From NCBI RefSeq assembly GCF_018977255.1, contig NW_024704743.1:21826001-21890000 (forward strand): a stretch of 64,000 nt of DNA, given 5' to 3'. This stretch comes from Callorhinchus milii (taxonomy: Eukaryota). The translations under genes were made by a program, and so were the position numbers. The notes beneath the pieces are model-generated. The model was not told the origin of the DNA. It saw only the letters and a list, made by a program, of their open reading frames with translations, and made no database searches. Positions 24,131 through 35,699 of this stretch are shown piece after piece (the stretch's first letter is position 1; each line of letters opens with the position of its first letter).

Positions 24131-27094
24131 AAAAAGTGCATTGAAATGACCATCTCACATTGTGAAGCCATTGAGTAAGGCTGATAATTGCCACAGTAGA
24201 GGGTGCTATTCTAATAATAGGGTTAAAGCACATAAAGGTAGAAATTCCATCCGCATCTACAGATTTATCTTTTTAGGAAGCATTTTTGAGCATCAAAAAT
24301 TTTGAAAGTTCCTAAATATGGCCTTGATTTTCCAGTTTTCTGTAAATTATTTTAAGAACCACACAAAACAAACCTCAAAACTAACAGTGAATTCAACAAT
24401 TGGCCAAATTCTGGATGCTCTGAGATGTTAAGTGAATAGAGAAAATCTAGACCTAGTCGGGACTTCTCCGTTATTGTTGGGGCACAATAGAGAAATGTTC
24501 ACTGAGCATCAGAGCTTGTTATGCCTGCGTTATGAGAGTATTGGAAAGTGACACTGGATACACAATGTGGGAACATACAACATTCTCCATCACAGATATC
24601 CCTCATCCTTTGCACAAAGCAAAAATCTGTCACTGCGAGTTAGGTTCATGAGCTCTATTTAGTTATTTCCAACCTCATTTTGTAAGCAGCTGGGCACAAA
24701 CTGCAATAGGCGTGTGTTCACCTTGCAGAAATCAGAAACTGGTGAAAAGAGAAATATGAACATACAACAGTACTTCAACACAATCCATTCTTAAAATATA
24801 TGGAAAGTCAATAATGCAGTCATTTTACAGTAAATCTTGTGAAACGCTTTGGGATGTTTTCCTGACGGGAAAGGCACTATATTAAAACGCTTTTGAGACG
24901 TCTTGAAGACGTGATAAGGCACTATATCAAATGCTAGGATTATTATTACATACCAAATGCAAGGATGATGATGATTATTATTAATATAAACTCAGTTGCA
25001 ATTGATTATTGCAAGGACTCTGATATTCTACAGTTCCCAAATTTGACGGTGGCTCCACTCACTAACAATGAACACAGGCGTATTGGCAGAGGCTAGAAAT
25101 ACACAGATTATAAAAGATACAGAGTGTAGGCTGTCATCCAGTCTATGGATTCTGATCACTAACAAACAACCTAGGCTTAGTTAAAACTTGGTTCTTGCTG
25201 CTTATGTAATCAAAACCCTCTGGTGATATCACCGCCCTTGAAATCCATTCAGTATCTTCTACATAATTCTGCTCATCTGCCAGTAACTAAAATAAACATT
25301 CTGTACTCCTACATAATTGCAACTATTTGGATGTACTATTGTTTTCCACGGAACTTATTACCGCGCTCTCTCGAAGGATTGTTTACTTTTTTTCTGCAAG
25401 CTTCTTGCGGAGTGAACACTCCCACTGCTTTGTCGGGGGAGGCGGGGGATTTAAATCTGCTCCTCATCAGAGCAAGCTTACCCACTGCAGCTGAATTACT
25501 GCCCCCCAGAGAGAAACAGCGCTCAACTACCCTTCATTTTTCCACCAGTTGGTTCCCTGCTTTCAGTGGCAATGGATATTGCTTCTTATACCAGCCTTAT
25601 ATACCTTATTACAACTGTTCATAGCACAAACTTGTGATCTCAGGAAACAACTATGTTACAATTTCAGGAATAAATCTATTATTAACAGTACTTATTGCCA
25701 TTCCACAGCATGTGTCCTTATATTGTACTATTGTAGTTTCTATAAATTATACTGTGGGTACTGTAGAATGATCCGTAATTCACAAGCTATGAAGTATAGA
25801 CAGGTATTTGCAAACTTCCAAGACACCGTAAAACAGTCATACCGTTTAAGCTACACAGCAGGCTATTGAATAAGATGATCTGGTTTCACTAATCTTTTGT
25901 GTTTCTTATTTTGAATATCTCAAACCCACAGACATATTACAGTCAAAGTATGACAATGGTGTACACTGTGAGTACCTTCAAATCCAACTGTTGGGGAGTG
26001 ATAAAAGCAGCTTTAAAACAGTGTTGCATCAAATCCGAATGAAACTCACAAATGCCTGCTAGGATTAAGACCCTGTAACCTTCTGCCCAGCTGTCTATTC
26101 AATACCTGTAAGACTTCTTTCAGAATGAACTACCTAAAGCGGGATCTATTCTGGATTTAATTTACAACGCAAATTGAATACCTTGTTTTAAAGATTATGA
26201 TGACATAATGTCACAAACTGATGAGGACTAGTCATATCGCTGTTAAAGATTTCAGAATGGATTGATATAAACTGAGCAGTTTATTTCAAAAAGGTATTTT
26301 CGAAAAGAAGAATGATGAAAGAGACACTATCGTCAAGTTCAAAAGTGTTTGTTTTCTTTAAGGGCCCTGAAGCAGTGTGTGCGCCGTGCGTACAGTGCTT
26401 AGTGAGTCAGCGTGAAGATGTGTGTTGTGACTGCCAAGAAACTGATCAGGGTACATTAGTGAAGACCACATCTCAATCACAGTGACGTCAATCACCCATT
26501 GCCGGGAAACGCTCGCTACCTCACCTTACAGAAAACAATCCACTGTATAAATAAATCAAATTCATATCGAATAAGGTATCAACGACTTTACATCAGCCAT
26601 TCGGTTTGGATGGTGTTTAATACAATGGAAGATTGTTTCCAGAAGTGACACTATTGCAACCCGTTTACAAATAGTTTGAATAAATTTGTGTCATATCACA
26701 ACACCCAAATCACAGAAACAAACTGCAATAATGCATAGATAGTAAACAAAGAACGACAAAACTTCAAATTTCATATTAAATAAGTTGGAATAAAACAATA
26801 TCATTTGATCCATCCTGTAGTTACCACCCCCCCACCACCCCCAACCCCAAAAAGGCACCCTCTCAAATTGAGTAGAAGGTTACAATTCAGTTCTTCCCTT
26901 GAACCTCGAGGTGAGTTAAGTGGTTTTTTTTTGTGTGGGAAGCTGGAAACATTTCCACAGTGTCTCCCATGAAATTTTTTAATGAGGCTGCAAGGCCCAT
27001 TATTCGGACAATCTCTTAAGGAAAATGAAACTAGATGGAAAGCGTGATGCCTAACTCCTATTCATCTATTGCTGTGTCAACCTTAATAACAATA

Positions 27095-27485
27095 TAAAAT
27101 AATAATTCTTGTATTTGATATAACACCGTATCATGTCACCGAGACCTCTCAGAGCATTTCACAGGAATTCTGTAAAGTGCAGAGACTGTGTATTTCGTAT
27201 GTGAATGTAGCAGTAATGTCTCACAAACAGGCATGAAGTGAATGATCACATTTATATGGTGAATTGATGTCCAGGACACCTGGAGAAACTCCCTTCTATT
27301 TTTTAGTAGTTCATGGGATCTTTTACATCCACCCAAACAGGCAGAAAGGACCTCATTTTAATCTCTCATCCAAAGGATGGCACCTTTGACACCCTGAATT
27401 GAAATGTCAGCCTGGACTATGAGCTCAAAGTCCTGATGGGGTTTGAACTCATAACCTGACTCAGAGTTCCACCAAATCAGCCAGG
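27095..27485 (-). mobile_element. Deu-domain SINE (family A), near full length
   Basis: Head ctctgagtcaggttatgagttcaaaccccatcaggac, Deu core and tail. Confidence 0.8.
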
Positions 27486-27914
27486 ATAATACCTCGAATG
27501 TTTTGTCTTTGATATAAATGCTCAGTTACTCTTTGCTTGCACATATGACACACTTTGTTCCCCGTTTCTAAAAGACCTTATCGTCATATGAGGCAGTGTA
27601 TTTAATTCTGTGAGAATAAGCGCTAAGGTTTACTGGCTTCTTTAAAGACGCTGCTGTGCACAATTGGCTGCTGCGTTTCGCCCACAAAATACACAGTCGA
27701 TAACTTTACAGTATATTCTGTGAAGCCCTTTGAGCGTCTCAATGATGTGATAAGGCGCTCTTGCAAATGTAAAGATTATTGTGATTATTTGACATGACCA
27801 GGAAGATTTATTTTTGCATGAATCCCGCCAACCCCTGAAACCAGGTAACTTTGAAATCGCCCCCAGTTCTGCTTTTTTTTATATAAAAAAGAAAATGATC
27901 TGTAAAGAACTAAC

Positions 27915-28846
27915 CTGAACTCGGGCTTGAAGTCTGGCTTCAATCCGTAAAAGGAGGTGGAAAGTGTCAACAACCAGCGAGGGTTGTATTTTCCATATTC
28001 ACATTCCAGGAAGGGGGGCGACCACTTGATGTGAGTTTTATCCCCCAGGTACCTCTCTCCTCTCTTCCTCATGGGGGAATGCATCGACCTCAGGTCATCT
28101 TTCACAAGCTTCCTGTAGAGGAAAGAGGCCGGTGATCGCTGGGACTTGAGCTGGTGAAACCAGTCGCCATTCACCGTGGCGTTGGTCAGGCGGTGGGCTG
28201 TGGAGGACAGGTCTTGCAGGAAGATCTGGTTGTCCACCCTGGTGGCTTGAAGGAACACTTGAGGAGGGCTCGTGAACGGCTGGGTATTGAAAGTCACCAC
28301 AGCTCTGTGCACCTTGGGGTCACCCTCAAGAATGCTCCTCACCAGGGCGTAGTACCACTCCATGTCCTCCTTGATGGTCATCTCCCGCACGGCGTTGGTC
28401 TGCAAGATCATGTTCAAAAAGTTAGAAGCATGGACCATGGTGTCCTGGACGCTGCGGAGAGACAGGTGCAAGTTCAACGAGCGAGATGCCGCCTTCAAAC
28501 CTGACAGCTGGTACCTCTTGGTGCAGTTGGCACGGTAGAGGTTCGCAGGGTCTCCGGTGTGGAGGAAAGTCCAGATAGGAGTGGGCAGGGAGTCGCCAGG
28601 AGATCTGAGCCCGGTTGACGGGATAGGTGGCCGGTTGTAATCGCCGGGCTGGTGCTGCTGCTGCTGGAGGTGCTGGGGGTGCTGGAGGAGGTGGGGGTGC
28701 TGGAGGAGGTGGGGTTGCACAGATTCCCTTTCATATTTGCCCGCTTGCTCTCTCGGAGAAGCTGCGGGTCCGCCCGAACCCTGGCTGGACCCAGTGGCGA
28801 AGCCAATGTGGATCTGCGAGAGCAAAGCCAGCAATAATACAGCCAT
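27915..28846 (-). CDS. GPR158: First coding exon of a GPR158/GPR179-family class C orphan GPCR (signal peptide + extracellular Cache-like domain), most similar to GPR158
   Basis: ATG at 28846 in good Kozak context (gctATGG) starts a hydrophobic signal peptide [15 protein letters not shown]. Family motifs: GD...[69 protein letters not shown]. Homology ends at a donor TTCAG|GTTAGT (intron starts 27914, phase 2); the rest of the ORF-track ORF is intron read-through. Family assignment is strong; GPR158 vs GPR179 is less certain. Confidence 0.93.
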
Positions 28847-28871
28847 AGCTTCTGTGTCGGTCAAGATCTCG

Positions 28872-28902
28872 GGCTGGCTGGCTGGCTGGCTGGCTGGCTG
28901 GA

Positions 28903-28933
<31 letters not shown>

Positions 28934-28988
28934 ATGGCTGGCTGGCTCGCTGGCTGGATGGCTGGCTGGCGGCTGGATGGCTGGCTGG
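28872..28988 (+). repeat. (GGCT)n / (CCAG)n tetranucleotide microsatellite ~25 nt upstream of the ATG
   Basis: Direct reading; interrupted by GGAT units. Confidence 0.95.
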
Positions 28989-29127
28989 CCGGCGGCTGGT
29001 ATCCCCGGCGAGGTGTCTTGTCTTGTCTCTTGTCTCTTGTCTTTTAAAACACTTTGAAAACAATGAACCCTCCCTCACTATTATTGCAGCAGTGACTGAG
29101 GTGAGAGGCGGCTCAGAGGGCTGTAAA

Positions 29128-29400
29128 TACACACAAACACACCCCCCCCCCCACACACACACCCACACCCACACACACACAGAGACCCTACACACACACA
29201 CACACCCACACACACAGAGACCCTACACACCCCCTACACACACACAGACACCCTACACACACACCCCTACACACACACACCCTACACACACACCCTACAC
29301 ACACACACCCCTACACACACACAAACCCTACACACACACACCCCCTACACACACACACACCCTAAACCCCCCCTTCCCCACACACACACACACACACACA
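29128..29400 (+). repeat. Compound (CA)n / CCCTACACA repeat
   Basis: Direct reading. Confidence 0.95.
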
Positions 29401-29436
29401 GACAGCGACGCTCTGAGCTGAGCAGCTTCACATCGT

Positions 29437-29536
29437 CCTCTCTCTCTCTCTCTCTGAGCGATGCTATAGTTCGCTGTTTACATCTCCATCCCTTCCGATG
29501 GCATTGCTGTCTGTCTCCTTCCCTCTCTCCCTCCTT

Positions 29537-29568
<32 letters not shown>

Positions 29569-29690
29569 TTCACTCTCTCTCTGTCTCTCTCCTCTCTTAT
29601 CCCCTTCTTTCTTTCTTTCTTTCTTTCTTTCTTTTATCTCTTCCCCCCCTTTCTCACTCTCTCTGTCTCTCCTCTCTCTTATTCCTCTTT
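29437..29690 (+). repeat. (CT)n / (CTTT)n polypyrimidine tract
   Basis: Direct reading. Confidence 0.9.
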
Positions 29691-29790
29691 TAGCATCTGA
29701 AGATCCTCCCCAGCAAGAAACCGTTCAGGATCGGGACCGGGGAAGGTTTGTGCGCTGCAGACTTTCTCACCGTCTCCATCCACATCCAAT

Positions 29791-30230
29791 ATAGCCCCAC
29801 AGCCCCAACCACAGCCACAGCCCCCAACCACAGCCCCCAACCACAGCCCCCAACCACAACCCCCAACCACAGCCCCCAACCACAACCCCAACCCCCAACC
29901 ACATCCCCAACCCCCAACCACAGCCCCCAGCCCCCAACCACAGCCCCAACCCCCCAACCACAGCCACACCCCACAGCCACAGCCCCCAACCCACCCCCAA
30001 CCCAGCCACAACCCCAACCAGCCACAGCCCAACCCCCAACCGCACCCCAACCACAGCCACAGCCCCCAACCACAGCCACAGCCCCCAACCACAGCCACAG
30101 CCCCAACCACAACCCCCAACCCCCAACCCCCCAACCACAGCCCCCAACCACAGCACAACCCCCCAACCACAGCCACAACCCCCAACTACAACCCCCAACC
30201 CCCCAACCACAGCCACAAGCCCACCCCCAC
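29791..30230 (+). repeat. C/A-rich minisatellite (CCCCCAACCACAG-type units; G-rich on the gene's sense strand)
   Basis: Direct reading of degenerate 6-13-nt units. Confidence 0.95.
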
Positions 30231-30391
30231 TTTGCAGCGGGTTTATTCCCGAGCAGAACAAGTGCTGCTGAGGCTGTGGGCTGCTAAGGGGAGGGGGGGT
30301 TTGGGGGCTGTCAGGGCGGCGGGTGGGAGTCTGCGTTTAACACCAGGACTCGCATTAATGCCAACACTTTCTCCTCTGGTCACACCACTCA

Positions 30392-30835
30392 CTGCCTCCC
30401 CTCCCTCCCTGCCTGCCCGCCCGCCTCGCCTCTCCGCCCCCCCCCTGCCCGCCTGCCTCCGCCCTCCCCTCTGCCCTCGCCGCCTCTGTCCTGCCTGCCT
30501 GCGCCGCCCTCCTCCCTCCCTCCCTGCCTGCCTCCCCTGCCCGCTCCCTGCCTCTGCCTGCCCTGCCCTGCCCTGCCCTCCCTGCCTCTCTCCGCCCTGC
30601 TCCCTGCCTGCCTCCTGCCCTCCTCCCTGCTGCCCTCCCTGCTGCCTGCCTCCTGCCGCCTGCCTCCCTGCCTGCTCTCCCTGCCTGCCCTCCCTGCCTC
30701 TGCCTGCTGCCTGCCTGTCCTCCCTGCCTGCCCCCCTCCCTGCCTGCCTGCCCTCCCTGCCTGCTGCTCTCCCTGCTGCCTGCTCTCCTGCCCTGCCCTC
30801 CCTGCTGCCCTGCCCTCCTGCCCTGCCTGCCTGCC
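30392..30835 (+). repeat. Degenerate (CCTG)n / C-rich repeat
   Basis: Direct reading. Confidence 0.95.
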
Positions 30836-31130
30836 AATGGTTCGGCAGTACTCCAGGGCACTACTGATGACAAACCAGCCAACCTGGCTCATCGGGAGCA
30901 CTTGGAGGAGCAGACCAGTCATTGGGGGCAGAAACTCGGCCCACTTAACTCTTATTAACTCTACAAACCAAAGCTCCAATGGGTAGGCTAGTCCTAGCTA
31001 GACAAGCAGTGGGAAAGCTTGCCAGATAGTTGTGTGGTTTTAGCTGGTTAGACTCCAGCAGTATCCCAGTGGATCCCCAAGCCTTGGCTCTTGCCAACCT
31101 GCACCTAATACTTTTAGAATTAGGTGAGCA
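30835..31130 (+). repeat. Unclassified interspersed repeat, copy 3
   Basis: Homologous to 21700-21885 and 22925-23125. Confidence 0.7.
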
Positions 31131-31859
31131 GGATGCAAGGAGAGAGAAAAGAAAATGCAACCATAGTCTTCTTCAAATGTTGCCCAAAGTGATAAAAAAA
31201 ACACCCTGTTACTAGCATTTGTGTCACATTTGACCTGTTATCCTCAATGCTACACTTGCAACACAAAAATGCAATCCACAAGCACAGCAAAGTTTTAGGT
31301 TTTTAAGTATTTCTTTTTTAGCGTATGTTGAAATGACCTCATGATGTGAAAGAAGCTATACCAAATGTGCATATTATTATTATTATTATTTGAAATCTAG
31401 TCAAACACATTATAGTTCCATTCTTCTACTGAAGTAGATCCTATCTTGTTCCTTGAGAATTATACAGTGAAAATTTTCAGGTCTAATCTTGAATTGGGGA
31501 TGTTTTACAGAAAAATATTAATACTGAAACCAATATAGATAAACGATTTTTTTAAAAAAAGGTCTCTGATATAGTTTCTAACCAACAGATCAAAAAATGT
31601 GTATTTCCTAGTGCCTTTCACTTCAGTTATGGCTTTATTTCGAATTGAGCCTATTCTTTTCTCTGTATTTTTGCATGTAATTTGATCAAAGACAATAATC
31701 TGTTTTCCATTTAAATATAATCACGAGAGTATTTAAATGCAAATGCTATAAATAAAGTACAGTGGAAAGATTCGTAGCTGATTCAAATGAATAATGTCCT
31801 TTTGGTCTTGTGGTGTTGAACATCAAACAGTCATCAAACATTTTCAATTTCTAAACCAG

Positions 31860-32915
31860 ACAACAATAACAACAACAACAAATTACATTTGTAAAGTGCC
31901 TTTCACATTGGGAGGACATCCCAAGGTGCTGGACAGTCATTGATTTGGACCCGAGCAGGAAGTTGTGATCAGGGCGGGTTTAGGTCAGGGAGGGTAAGGT
32001 TAGGAGTATAGCTGAATGCTCGGTCAAAGAGAAGGGCCTTGAGACGTGTTTTGAAGGAGGAAAAGAAGGAAGCAAGACAAAGGGACTGTGGCTGGATTTT
32101 CAAAGGGTGGGGCAGAGAAGCTGAAGGCCCGGCCGCCGATTGAGGGATGGGCTGGGAGGGGGATGCTGAGCGGAGGGAGTGAACAAGTTGACATGGGGTA
32201 AGCAGGTCACAGAGGTAGGAAGGTGCAAGGTCGGTGGAAGGCCTTCAAGGCAAGGATGAGGATTTTGAACTTTATCCTCTGGAGGATGGGGAACCAGTGG
32301 ATCTGGGAGAGGTTTGGGATGATAGGGTCCCGGAGCCTGGTCCGGGAGAGGACATGAGCTGCAGAGTTCTGGACGATCTGCAGCTTGTGGAGGAAGGAGT
32401 TGGGAAGGCCACCAGGCAAGGAGTTGGCGTAGTTGAGACTAGATGTAATAAGTGCGTGGATGAGGGTTTCAGTGGCCTGAGGGGGGAGGCTATAGTGGAA
32501 CTGGGTGATGGCAGAGCGGGTCATGTCATGGATGTGGAATAGAAAGGACAGTTGCGGGTCAAACAAGATGCCAAGGTTCCAGACTGGCTCAGTGAGGTAG
32601 AGTGTGCATCCTTGAATGGTGATGCTGTCAGTGCCTGAAGTGTGGAGGTAATGACGGGAGCCAAACAGGAGAGCCTCGATCTTGTTGACATTCAACTGGA
32701 GAAAGTTAGCTCTCATCCAGCAGTGGTCCTGGAGAGGAAGCAGAGAGATAGAGTTTGTGTCATCCGCATACATGTGGAATTTGACCCCATATCTGCAGAT
32801 GATTTCACTAAGAGGGAGCCTGTAAATATTGAAGAGGAGAGGACCAAGGACAAAGCCCTGAGGAACGCCGCACGAGACGGCGTCGGGGCTGAAGGAAAAG
32901 CCGTTTGTGGAGACA
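31860..32915 (-). mobile_element. L2 LINE 3' ~1 kb with RT remnant
   Basis: [29 protein letters not shown], plus (TTG)n tail. Confidence 0.92.
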
Positions 32916-33494
32916 ATTGATGAATATGCATGAGAAAGCTTGCTGATATATTCAGAAAGGGATCTTAATGTTTGAAATATAATAACGGGTTTCTGCATGC
33001 ATAAAGCTCACACAGAATCATAACAGTTAAGTGTCTTGTACTCAACAGAGCATCTTGCTGGTTGCAAATTAGCTGCTAGTATAAGTATATGTACATATTT
33101 GTCATTTTCAATATCTGCAAGGCACAAGAAAGAATATAACTTGTACATAAATGTTTATCAGATATCAGATTTCATGTGAGTGTAATTTTTACATGCTGAT
33201 GGGAAGTATGAATAAAAACTCTACAATAAACAACAACTTGCATTCATGTGTTGTAATGTCTTGGATCACTTAACATTGGCAGAGCTTGATGCTTAACCAA
33301 GGAGAGAGGAGACCACAGGCACAGTCAAAAAGCAAGGTCTTCAGTTGTGATTTGAAGACAAACATGGAGGGGCAAAGTGGAGGGACTGAGGCAGAGAGTT
33401 CCATATTTCTGGACACAGTGGTTCATAGCATGGTTGAAGATAGTGGAGTGGAAGAGATAAGGGAAGTGCAAGAGCCAGAGCCAGGTGACTGAAA

Positions 33495-34790
33495 CAGCAA
33501 CAACAAATTATAAATTTGTTTAGCGCATTTCATGTCAGGAGGACATCCCAAGGCCCTGTACAGTCAGGAATCCACACCCGAGCCGGTGGTTAGGATCAGG
33601 AGGAAGGGTAGGGGTAGGAAGGTGACCAAAGGCATGGATCAAAGAGGAGGGTCTTGAGACAGATCTTGAAGGAGGCAAGGGAGGGGATGAGGTGGAACGG
33701 TCTGTAGGATGGAGTTCCAGAGGGTGAGGGCAGAGAGGCTGAAGGCCTGCACACTAATGGTGGGGCGGGCAAGGCGGGGGATGTGAAGCAGGCTGGAGCT
33801 CGCTGAGAGGAGGGTGTGGACACATTGTAAGGGGGTTAGGAGGTCACAGAGGTAGGGGGGAGCAAGACCATGGAGGGCTTTGAAGGTGAAGACACATTCT
33901 TGAACGCTCTGAGTAATGGGGAGCCAGTGTAGCCGAGCGAGGATAGGGGAGATAGGTTCGCAGATCATGGTGTGAGAAAGGACATGGGCTGCAGAGTTCT
34001 GGAAGATCTGCAGCCTGTGGAGGGAGGAGTTGGAGAGGCTGACAAGCAGGGAATTTGCGTAGTTGAGCCTGGATGTGATGAATGCGTGGATAGGGATCTC
34101 GGTGACCTGCGGTGAAAGATGTTGCAGAGGGGGGGGGGTAAGGTGGAATAGGTCATAGTACGGATGTGAGGGATGAAGGACAGTTGAGGGTCGAACAGGA
34201 CGCCGAGGTTGTATATTGTCTCCATGAGGTGTAGAGGGCATCCATGAAGGCTAATGCTGTCAGTGCTCGAGGTATGGAGCTGCTGACAGGAGCGAAGCAG
34301 GAGGGCCTCAGTCCTGTTGACATTCAACTGGAGAAAGTTAGCTCTCATCTAGGACTTTATGTTCAACAGGCAGTCTGTGAGGACAGCGGTTGTCCTGGAG
34401 TTGGGGGTGGAGGTGGAGAGGTACAGTTGGGTGTCATCCGCATGTGAAAGTTGATCCCATGTCTGTGGATGGTATCACCAAGAGGGAGCATGTAAATGTT
34501 AAAAAGGAGAGGACCAAGGACAGAGCCCTGAATGCAACTCATGACAGTCCGGGGGCTGGAGGAGAAACCATGAGTGAAGACAAAGTGGAGATGTTGGAGA
34601 AGTAGGATTTGAATCAGACAAGGGCAGGTCTGTGAAGGTTGAGCTGAGAGGAGAGGTGATGAAGGAGGATAGATTGGTCAACATTGTCGGAGGCAGTAGG
34701 AGGAGGACAAGGAGCAGAAAGAGCCCTGGTCGCAGATGGACGGAATGTCATAAGTGACTTTGACCAAGGCTGTTTCCGTGCTGCCCACAG
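33495..34790 (-). mobile_element. L2 LINE 3' ~1.3 kb, frameshifted RT
   Basis: [16 protein letters not shown] and ITSRLNYANSLL in different frames, plus tail. Confidence 0.9.
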
Positions 34791-35699
34791 CAATGGCAGG
34801 AGAGGATAGACAAGTTTGAGGATGTTATAAATGGTTCGTTCTAAAATAGGGGCCGGGAGCCAAACTGGCCTGAACTTAGGTAATGGCAGTATGGAGTTAA
34901 TTATGGGTGAGGGTAGAGGTGGCAGAGTTTTGAATTAGTTAGATTTTATGAGTAGTGAAACTGGGGAGACTAGCAAGGAGGGTGTTGGAAAAGTTATGGA
35001 TAAGGTGTTTGATGGTCAGATGCTGGCGATGTGGCATAGATTGAGGTAAGTAGTCCTTGTCAGAGATCAGGTGTGGGATCATTACCTGGTTCCTAGGTTG
35101 TACACAGGTTCAGAAGGTCTGAGGGATAGGCCGGGGATGTTAAGGAAGTTGGAGCCGCAGGTGAGAAGACATTGACGGGAGCCGAGGATTATGCCTTTTG
35201 TCTTGTCAACTTTCAGCTGCACAACATCCTAAACATCCAAAACATGCCAATAGACACACCAGTAACATGTCAAAAGGCATAACCTGAAAATATTACTTTA
35301 TACTTTGCTTTACCCAGACATAAGTAAATATAATTAAAACTACAAAATAAATACTCTATTAGAATTTCTGTAAATTGAATGTCAAATATGTGCCCTCCCA
35401 CTGCCAACAAACTAGCCACCGTTACTTTTGGACCCTTGAAAACACTAATACTCACTCCCTGGACATTTCCAGCGACAATCATTCACATGCTCAAATTTAA
35501 TTAACATTCCTGCTGAAAATATATTCTTTTAACTTCAAAACCATTTTAACTCTTTCAGGGTAAATGGACCTAAAAAGTCATTACAGAAATTCTATACATC
35601 CATCAATGCTAATGCCTAACTCATAAATCACTCCAGGAAAGACAACCATCTCACCATCTCACCAAACTGAAATACTTCACCTGTTTAATCATGTTTTAA

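Larger units (their letters stand above)
1848..27914 (-). other. Intron (26,067 bp) between the first two coding exons
   Basis: Canonical GT..AG ends and compatible phases; no intervening family-like coding segment found by eye. Confidence 0.85.

Noticed and set aside
27785..27914. C-terminal extension LVLYRSFSFLYKKK... of the 359-aa ORF, and its TTG start at 28864
   Set aside because: The extension lies beyond the splice donor (intron read-through). The real start is the ATG at 28846.
30860..30940. CTGATGA...GAAAC, hammerhead-ribozyme-like core
   Set aside because: No convincing stems I-III, and the GAAA is absent at the matching position in the 21730 copy.
28731..30979. Long low-complexity ORFs (WLAG, THTH, GWGL, PQP, PACL repeats)
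   Set aside because: They are translations of simple repeats that happen to lack stop codons, and are open in several frames on both strands.
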